Positions 18,154-27,045 of a DNA stretch of 27,045 nucleotides are shown here, piece by piece. A program made the translations under genes and the position numbers. The DNA lies in assembly GCA_031414955.1 (NCBI GenBank), contig JANOQV010000172.1:1-27045 (forward strand). The letters are read 5' to 3'. Position 1 is the first letter of the stretch. Every line of letters starts with the position of its first letter. The stretch comes from Pedosphaera sp. Lineage in GTDB: Bacteria > Verrucomicrobiota > Verrucomicrobiia > Limisphaerales > SIBH01. The notes under the pieces are model-generated. The model was not told the DNA's origin. It ran no database searches and was given only the letters and a program-made list of their open reading frames with translations.

Positions 18154-18747
18154 TCAGCGCGTGGGCCAGTCCTCGAAGTAGCAGCCCACCGGTTGGGCGA
18201 ACAATCGTGGCGGCGTCTTCCCCGCCCGCACGGCCGCCATCGCGTCGCGCAATTCGCGATGCTGGATCACCGCGCGCGGCTTGCCCGGCGACAGATACCA
18301 GTCATCAATGCGGCCTCGATAGGCCACGTCCCCATCGGGTTTGAGCACGAACGCCTCCGGCACATGAGTCGGGCGCAACCAGCGGGCGAAGCGCCCCGTG
18401 TCATCGAACAGCACCGGATACTGGATGGCATACGCCTTCACGAAAGCAGCGGCGTTGCTGCGAGTGATGGACTTGCCCGAGATGATGCCGCAGAACTCGA
18501 CCCCGTTTGTCTTGTGCCCGGCCGCAAGGCGATTCAACTCCGGCACGTAGCGTTGGGAGACGGGACATTCCGGGCCGAGAAACACCAGGACGATGGCCTT
18601 GGTGGCCGCAGTTTCGCCCAACCGGTGCGGTTTTCCCTGAACATCCGTGGCGGTACGGACGCGGAAAAAATCCGGCAGGTCCGCGGCTGCGGCTGGCAGC
18701 GCAAGGAGCGCAAGCAGCAACCACTCAATTTGAAAACGGGCCGCCAC
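18154..18747 (-). CDS. Exported redoxin/AhpC-TSA domain protein
   Basis: Signal peptide, ECPVS, THVPEAFVL, YRGRIDD and PVGC. Confidence 0.85.
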   Translation of the reverse strand: MAARFQIEWLLLALLALPAAAADLPDFFRVRTATDVQGKPHRLGETAATKAIVLVFLGPECPVSQRYVPELNRLAAGHKTNGVEFCGIISGKSITRSNAAAFVKAYAIQYPVLFDDTGRFARWLRPTHVPEAFVLKPDGDVAYRGRIDDWYLSPGKPRAVIQHRELRDAMAAVRAGKTPPRLFAQPVGCYFEDWPTR

Positions 18748-18748
18748 G

Positions 18749-21700
18749 TTATTGCCTGCGGAAAGCCGCGTGACGCTGGTTGCCCGAGGACTCCATGTAG
18801 GCCAGCAGGTCGAGAATCTCCTCGCGGGTCAGGATGCTCGCCAGTCCCTCGGGCATCGGCGAGAGCTTCGAGGGCGTGCGGCTTTTCACGTCGGATTTCT
18901 TGACCTCAACCTTCTCGTTGGTGAGCGGGTTGACGACGAGCACCACCTTCACGGCCGTGTCCTCAACGATGCGGCCGGTGATGTCTTCGCCGTCCTGCTT
19001 CACCACCGTGATGTTCTGATACTGATCGGAGAGAACCTTCGAGGGTTCGAGAATCGATTCGAGCAGATCGCGGCGCGTGTATTTTGCACCCGCGCCAGCG
19101 AGGTCAGGGCCGATGCCGCCGCCTTCATCATTCAAGCGATGGCACTGCACGCACTGGCCGGCGAGAAACGCCTCGCGGCCGTTGGCGAAATTGCGGCCGC
19201 GCGAAGGTCCGTCCAGCGCGTCCGCAAAGTCGGACATTTTCCATTCCTGCACGAACTTGTGTTCCTTCTTCGGCTTGAGCAGGGCGAGCACTTCGGGCGG
19301 ATCGCTGAGGATGCTGGCCAACCCGTTCCGCTCCTCCGGGCTAAGGCTGTCGGTGAAGGTCTTCTTCAGGTTCTTGATGAAGTTGTTGTAGCTCGACCCG
19401 TTGCCGGCCCGGATGCCCACATCGGTAAACCATTGCTCGAACTCCGCCGGATGCTTGGCCGTGGCGCTGATGAAATAACTCGAACCCGCCGGATAGGTCG
19501 CACCGGCATCCTCGCCGGCGCTCCGCTTCTGGAACCAACTGAACCACGCCTTGTGCTCATCCAGCGTCCACGTCTTCGCTTTGCGCAAAGCCACGATGTA
19601 GTGCAACTGCTCCTCCTGCGTCTGGGCTTTAGCCACGAGGTCGAGCGTCTTCTTCACCACGCCGGGCGCGTCGAGGTAAATGAGGATTTGCGACAGCTCG
19701 CGGTTCAGCGGCCACGAGTTCGCGGGATAGAGCGGGGAAAGCTTCTCGATGCCGCGCTGCACGAACTCATCGGCGGGTTTGCCCTGACGTGCGATGCTCA
19801 CTTCGATGACGCGCAATTTGAGCAACTGCTGATCTTCCGGCAGCGCCGCCGTGGGAAATTTCGCCAGCGCGGTGAAGACGTCGCTTTGGTCCGCCTTGGT
19901 TCCCACGCGAGCCAAGGCGAGCAAAGCCGTCAAACCAGCGACGGGCTGCGTTTCCGCCAGGGCTTTTTCTTTCCATAGCGAAAGAGGTTGAGATTCAATC
20001 GCGACGCGCGCGGCGTTGTGCATGAAGCGGTCGGGCCAGTTCAGTGCGGGCCAGATTTTTTCCAAATCTTCTTTTCCAGCCGTCCCATGCCCGTGCCATC
20101 GCTCGATGTGTTTTCGAGCTTCTCGATGGGAAGCCGCCGTCGAGTTCTTGAACGTGGATGAATCGTCTGGCCCGGCATAACTGACACGATACAGACCCGA
20201 CTGCGTGCCGCGTCCGCCCGTCGCGAAATAGATCGCGCCGTCCGGCCCCACTTCCATGTCCGTGACGTTCAATGGCTTCCCTTTCACCACCGTCTCGAAG
20301 GTTCCGATGTAACTCGCGCCCTTGGGCTGGAGGGCCACAGCCATGATGCGTCCATAAGTCCAATCCATTATCCAGAGCGCGTTCTGGAAGCGCGCTGGAA
20401 ATTTTGCCTTCGTCGGCACCAGCACTCCCGTCGGCGAGCCGATGCCGATGTTCACGGTCTCGGGCAAGCTGTCCGCGTAGTAGGTCGGATATTTCGCCGA
20501 GCCTTCGCGAAAGCCCTGATCGCCGCCGCTCACGATGTGATAGGCGCGGGTTGGGCGATACCATGGCGAACCCCAGTCCCATTCCATGTCGCTGTCGAAA
20601 CCAAACAACTCGCCATCAGAATTGAATCCGATGTCGTAGGTGTTGCGTTGGCCGGAGGCGAACAGCTCGCAATTCTTTCCGTCCTTGTCCATCCGCACGA
20701 CGAAACCGCCCGGCGGCTTGCGGCCCGCGCCGAAACCGTTGCCATCCTCCATGCGCGGCAGCACGAGGTCGTCCGCGTAATTCTTATGCGGCGAGGTCGG
20801 GAGAATGTCATCCGGCACATCGACGAAGTTGCCGCACACCACGTAGAGCTGGTTGTCCGGCCCGAGCACGATGCCGTGCGCGCCGTGTTCGCCGGGGCCG
20901 CCCTTCCACTTGCGAATCAACTCCACCTTGTCGAACTGATCATCGTTGTTCGTGTCGGTGACGCGATACATGTGATAGCCCTCCGCGCCCTGGCCGTTCA
21001 CGTAGAGCGCGTCGAAGGCGTAGAGCAGACCCATCGCCGCGTTCACCGGCACCTCAATCTTCTCCATCTTCGCAATCTGCCCCTTGGCATCGAGCGTGAT
21101 GCGTAGCATCGGCTCCTTGCCTTGCGGTGAAATGATGAGGCGGCCCTTCGGGTCCACCGTCATCCCCACCCACGAGCCTTCGCCAGGCTGCGCGCTCCGG
21201 AGCAGTTCCACTTTGAAACCATCAGCCACCGTCAATGACTCAGCCGGCGTGGCCACCTTGCCGCCACCGGTCGCCGCCGCCGCGAGATTGCCCCACGGTT
21301 GCACGCCCAGTTTGCCGAGCGATCGGGGCGAGAGCCAATTCGCGCCCGGCTTGAACGCTGCCGTCTGCCAGCCCGCCTCCGCGCTCGTGCCCGTCTTCCA
21401 ACTCGCGTCCGTGACGATCTTGGCGCGCGTGCCCTCCTCGGTGGCGAAATCGAGTTCCGCGAGCAGACCGGCCGAGCCGCCCTCATTCTGCGCCTCGATG
21501 GCCACGATGTTCTCGCCCGGCTTCAGGTTCGCCTTCACGTCGAACTTGGGGAATGCCGACCACTCGGTGCCGCTGCCGATCTTCGCGCCGTTGAGATAGG
21601 CGGTGAACTTGTTGTCGGCGGAGACGGCCAGCGTGGCGCGGCGCACCGGACCATCGACGGTGAAGGTCTTGCGGAAGTAGCGGGTCTCGTCGTCTGCGGG

Positions 21701-21802
21701 CCGGGCCCCGTTGTTCGGATGCCAGATCCATTCGGGCGTGGACTGGGCCTGGACGCAAAGCGCGGCGGACAGGACGGCGAGGGCGATTTGGGCGAATCTC
21801 AT
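18749..21802 (-). CDS. PVC-type heme-c-binding putative dehydrogenase with an N-terminal carbohydrate-binding-like domain
   Basis: Signal peptide, WIW..RYFRKTF..ADNKF beta-sandwich, propeller (GEHGAHG, RNTYD, DSDMEWD), helical repeats, then CVQCH..GPDL..SPMPEGL. Confidence 0.88.
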   Translation of the reverse strand: MRFAQIALAVLSAALCVQAQSTPEWIWHPNNGARPADDETRYFRKTFTVDGPVRRATLAVSADNKFTAYLNGAKIGSGTEWSAFPKFDVKANLKPGENIVAIEAQNEGGSAGLLAELDFATEEGTRAKIVTDASWKTGTSAEAGWQTAAFKPGANWLSPRSLGKLGVQPWGNLAAAATGGGKVATPAESLTVADGFKVELLRSAQPGEGSWVGMTVDPKGRLIISPQGKEPMLRITLDAKGQIAKMEKIEVPVNAAMGLLYAFDALYVNGQGAEGYHMYRVTDTNNDDQFDKVELIRKWKGGPGEHGAHGIVLGPDNQLYVVCGNFVDVPDDILPTSPHKNYADDLVLPRMEDGNGFGAGRKPPGGFVVRMDKDGKNCELFASGQRNTYDIGFNSDGELFGFDSDMEWDWGSPWYRPTRAYHIVSGGDQGFREGSAKYPTYYADSLPETVNIGIGSPTGVLVPTKAKFPARFQNALWIMDWTYGRIMAVALQPKGASYIGTFETVVKGKPLNVTDMEVGPDGAIYFATGGRGTQSGLYRVSYAGPDDSSTFKNSTAASHREARKHIERWHGHGTAGKEDLEKIWPALNWPDRFMHNAARVAIESQPLSLWKEKALAETQPVAGLTALLALARVGTKADQSDVFTALAKFPTAALPEDQQLLKLRVIEVSIARQGKPADEFVQRGIEKLSPLYPANSWPLNRELSQILIYLDAPGVVKKTLDLVAKAQTQEEQLHYIVALRKAKTWTLDEHKAWFSWFQKRSAGEDAGATYPAGSSYFISATAKHPAEFEQWFTDVGIRAGNGSSYNNFIKNLKKTFTDSLSPEERNGLASILSDPPEVLALLKPKKEHKFVQEWKMSDFADALDGPSRGRNFANGREAFLAGQCVQCHRLNDEGGGIGPDLAGAGAKYTRRDLLESILEPSKVLSDQYQNITVVKQDGEDITGRIVEDTAVKVVLVVNPLTNEKVEVKKSDVKSRTPSKLSPMPEGLASILTREEILDLLAYMESSGNQRHAAFRRQ

Positions 21803-22063
21803 AAGGTAAAACGACGTTGTTTCGGGAACTGCTGTTCAGCGTATTTTTGCGCGCGAGCGACGGGCAAGGAGTTTTTGGGCGCATCTTGCCGCTGGCAGGT
21901 TGCGAGACTGGAAAGCCGGCGCTACGGGCGACATCGACATTCGTGTCGGCAGGCAGCGCCGCCTTCCAGCTTCGCAGTTCACAGACCCTCCGAGTTGTGC
22001 CCGTACTGACCCCGCCGGGCTTGTGTTTTCCATCGTGTGGCCGTTAGCTCCCCATCAAGCCAC

Positions 22064-22318
22064 ATGAGCGAGCCGCAACAACCGGAGAGTGGTCCCGATT
22101 CCCCAGGGATGGAGAGCAGGAGTACGCCGCCTCCACTGCCGGTGGACGCCCGGCCCGTTTTATCACCACCGCCTCTGCCGCCCAGGGCTGTGCCGCCTGC
22201 GCGCCCCGCACCGCCATCAGTTCTCAAAGGCTGCCTGATGGTGGTGGGGTTCATTCTCTTTGCCATCGTGTCGCTCGCTGTCGGAGTGCTGGCCTGGTGG
22301 ATTTGGAGCCAGAGCTGA
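22064..22318 (+). CDS. Small Pro-rich membrane protein
   Basis: Pro-rich N-terminus followed by a KGCL hydrophobic helix; it lies directly upstream of the kinase. Confidence 0.55.
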   Translation: MSEPQQPESGPDSPGMESRSTPPPLPVDARPVLSPPPLPPRAVPPARPAPPSVLKGCLMVVGFILFAIVSLAVGVLAWWIWSQS

Positions 22319-22384
22319 GTTCAGCGGCGGAAATTTCTCTATATCCGGGAATGGGACTTTGGAGTCTAATCGCCCGGAATCCGC

Positions 22385-24997
<2,613 letters not shown>

Positions 24998-25015
24998 ACC
25001 GGCGCTTTGTTGGCT

Positions 25016-25195
25016 TCAATCCAGTTCAATGGAGTCCGCGGTGAAAATCTTCTCCAGCAGCGCGTCGTAGTCCGGCGCGGCCTGATCAAGGCTCACCACT
25101 TCCACCTGTGTTTCCGGCCAGGCGCGCTGGCTGGCGATTAACTGCTGTGTCAGTTCGTCTTCGGTCCGGGTGAGAATGTGAAGCACGGAGCGCAT
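25016..25195 (-). CDS. Short DsrH/TusB-like protein, 59 aa (not in the ORF track)
   Basis: MRSVLHILTR...PDYDALLEKIFTADSIELD*. Its ATG directly follows the upstream gene's TAA. Confidence 0.7.
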   Translation of the reverse strand: MRSVLHILTRTEDELTQQLIASQRAWPETQVEVVSLDQAAPDYDALLEKIFTADSIELD

Positions 25196-25546
25196 TTAGA
25201 AACGGAGCACGTAGTTGGACTCGGCGGCGAGCTTCGCCAGTTGCGCGTCATCGACTTCCTCAAACTTCAGGGGCGACTCGCCGATCTCGCCCAGCAGTGC
25301 CGCGCCACGCTGCACGTAAATGGGCCGGCCGAATTCGCCCACGATGGGGAAGTAGCGCGAGTAGTTGTCCTCGTCGATGAACTCATCCACAAACTCGCTC
25401 AGCGCGAGCACGGCCGGGCCGCGCAGATAGACCGTCACGTCCGTTTTCTTCCAAGTGCCCACGCCGGCCGCGATGCGAATGGCCTCGGCCGGCTTGGCGC
25501 TGGAGCGCGGGTCGCCGGTGACGATGAAGAGGGCGCGCGGTTTCAT
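25196..25546 (-). CDS. DsrF/TusC-like (DsrE-fold) protein, 116 aa
   Basis: MKPRALFIVTGDPRSS..EAIRIAAG..VYLRGPAV..VLRF. The longer ORF-track call extends into the heptamer repeat. Confidence 0.8.
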   Translation of the reverse strand: MKPRALFIVTGDPRSSAKPAEAIRIAAGVGTWKKTDVTVYLRGPAVLALSEFVDEFIDEDNYSRYFPIVGEFGRPIYVQRGAALLGEIGESPLKFEEVDDAQLAKLAAESNYVLRF

Positions 25547-25550
25547 GGAA

Positions 25551-25688
25551 AAACACCAAACACCAAACACCAAACACCAAAGAAACACCAAGCTCCAAGC
25601 TCCAAACAGAAGCCCCGTGCGAACGACAGGCTTTTGGTGTTTGAGGTTTGGGATTTGCCTGGTGTTTGGTGCTTGGTGCTTGGTGTTT
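25551..25688. repeat. Inverted pair of heptamer arrays (MITE-like)
   Basis: Left arm (AAACACC)4-AAAG-AAACACC-(AAGCTCC)2. The right arm is its reverse-complement analogue with the same 4 heptamers + 4 nt + 3 heptamers layout. Confidence 0.9.
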
Positions 25689-25707
25689 CGCTCATGTTTC
25701 TTTTCGT

Positions 25708-26025
25708 TCAATTGAAACAAAGGAATCGCTCCGTCCCCGCGATGATGTCATTCACCACGGTGAGCCCGGCGAAGGTCGCATGGTCGGTGAGCGCGATGTT
25801 GCGCTTGTGCGCACCGTAGGCGCAGGCGTAGAGGTTCAGCCCGGCGGCCTTGAGGTTTTGCAATTCAGGATCAGCCACACCGCTCACCGCCTCGTCGATG
25901 CAGTAGAGATACACGTTCACCCCGCGTTTCAAGGCCGCACCCGCCACGCCAAGTCCGTGACGAAAGCCGGGCTGATCCGGTTTGCAGGCGATGAGAATGC
26001 CGAGTTTTTTGCCGCGCAATTCCAT
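25708..26025 (-). CDS. DsrE/TusD-like sulfur relay protein, 105 aa
   Basis: KKLGILI..VYLYCIDEAV..YACAYGAHKR (conserved Cys position)..FAGL. Confidence 0.82.
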   Translation of the reverse strand: MELRGKKLGILIACKPDQPGFRHGLGVAGAALKRGVNVYLYCIDEAVSGVADPELQNLKAAGLNLYACAYGAHKRNIALTDHATFAGLTVVNDIIAGTERFLCFN

Positions 26026-26031
26026 GCGCGC

Positions 26032-26061
26032 ACCGTAAGGCGGTGCGGCGCGGAGTGTCAA
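26032..26061 (-). promoter_or_regulatory. sigma70-type promoter for the dsrE-like operon, probably leaderless
   Basis: TTGACA-N18-TACGGT-N6-ATG on the minus strand. Confidence 0.55.
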
Positions 26062-26176
26062 ACCGAGGAGCCGCCCAGGGTGGGATTAGAAGTGAGGGAC
26101 AAAAAGGGGCAGACGGAACGGGAGGACGACCACCTTGGGGCTGGAGCGTCCGTAATTTTCCCCCCCACCCCCAGTT

Positions 26177-26465
26177 CCGCGCGGCTGGTAGCCGCGCGGC
26201 CCAGGCAGGTTGCCTGGGCCACCCCGGCGGCTGCGCCGCCGCAGCTTCGGAGTTCCGATTTACCCCGAACTCCGAAGAAGGAATGGACTGGCCGACGACG
26301 GGCGCGCGACGTCTTTTCTCAGTCGGTGGATTTGCCATCCTCAACACCTTCATACACGCCGAGCATCGGAATGGTGCTGGTGCCTTCCGACCCGGCCCCA
26401 CGCTGCGGGTTGAAAACCCGCGCGCCGGGGCCGGTCTTGGGGTCCGACCTCGCTCTTGTCGGTCG
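26177..26465. repeat. Cluster of consecutive hairpins / mixed REP-like elements
   Basis: Stems at 26177-26199, 26198-26220, 26225-26241, 26245-26277 and 26405-26421. Confidence 0.65.
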
Positions 26466-26473
26466 CGACAATT

Positions 26474-26922
26474 CTACGGCTTGAACAAACGATAGAACCG
26501 ATTGCCCGTGGGCGGGCTGACGGTGAGCGTCTTGTTCGTGCCATCGTCGGTGGGCGCGGCCACCACGTTCGTCCAGTTGGTCGTGTTCAGGTTGCCATTG
26601 AATTGCAGTTGGAACCCCGTGGAGGGCGACGGCCAGGAGACCGCCGCCGTGACGCTGTTCACCAGGCGGATGCGCAAGAGCGGCGCGCCGGGTGTTTGCA
26701 CGGCGAACAGGCTCCAGAAGCCGCCCGTGAGCGAAAAGTTCCCGCCACTGAGTTGCCCGCTCGCATCCGGTTGCCCAACGCTGCCGCTGACCGAGTAAAC
26801 GCCGCCCGTGCTCGTGCCCCCGCCGCCATCAATGGTGAACCAGTCGATGGCGTAGCTCTGCGCGTGGGCCAAAGTGTGGAAGAACAAGAACAGGGCCAAT
26901 AGGGAGAGCAGTGCGGCAGCAC
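26474..26922 (-). CDS. Small secreted protein with a C-terminal 'FYRL' domain; start unresolved
   Basis: Signal-like LLSLLALFLFFHTLAHA-QSYAIDWFTIDGGGGTS...SWP...NW...GNRFYRL. The upstream sequence is low-complexity. Confidence 0.75.
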
Positions 26923-27045
26923 GGAACGCAGCGGACTGGCGACAGCCGGCGGCGGTAACCCCTATCCATGAACCGGAGCGCCCGGGGGGCCCCCGCGGGG
27001 GGGTGAAGGACCCCGCCAACCCGCGGGGCCGCCCGCCCGCACCCC

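Noticed and set aside
21880..21975. Degenerate GTAG-started REP-like sequence on the minus strand
   Set aside because: Stems are too imperfect and there is no second copy in the window.
25547..25720. N-terminal extension of the dsrF-like ORF (174-aa call)
   Set aside because: It is a translation of the heptamer repeat; ATG 25546 gives a normal-length protein.
26923..27045. G/C-run-rich palindromic end segment
   Set aside because: Low-complexity sequence at the window edge, either a decayed repeat or poor-quality sequence, and not interpretable.

Overview
GC-rich bacterial DNA. A PVC-type CxxCH dehydrogenase, an EF-hand protein, a DUF1080 kinase and a small secreted protein ending in 'FYRL' suggest Verrucomicrobiota (inference). 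The left 7.2 kb is a minus-strand type I-like restriction-modification operon. In transcription order it holds a fused hsdM-hsdS with one TRD, an IS200/RAYT-type tnpA with three-hairpin REP units, an orphan hsdS C-terminal remnant, an unknown 258-aa gene coupled to a PIN nuclease gene, and hsdR, which runs off the window and is absent from the ORF track. The operon is heavily invaded by palindromic and heptamer repeats, some in frame. The rest is mostly ordinary: DUF2071, a propeller/EF-hand protein, ftsB-like, O-antigen ligase-TPR, Gfo/Idh/MocA, MFS, DinG-family helicase, redoxin, heme dehydrogenase, Ser/Thr kinase-DUF1080 and a dsrEFH/tusDCB-like trio. Best candidates for new biology are (1) the RM-embedded 258-aa/PIN pair, (2) the tnpA/REP cassette sitting where the second hsdS TRD should be, and (3) repeat elements inserted at start codons with the ATG context duplicated. 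All family calls come from motif recognition by eye; no searches were run.
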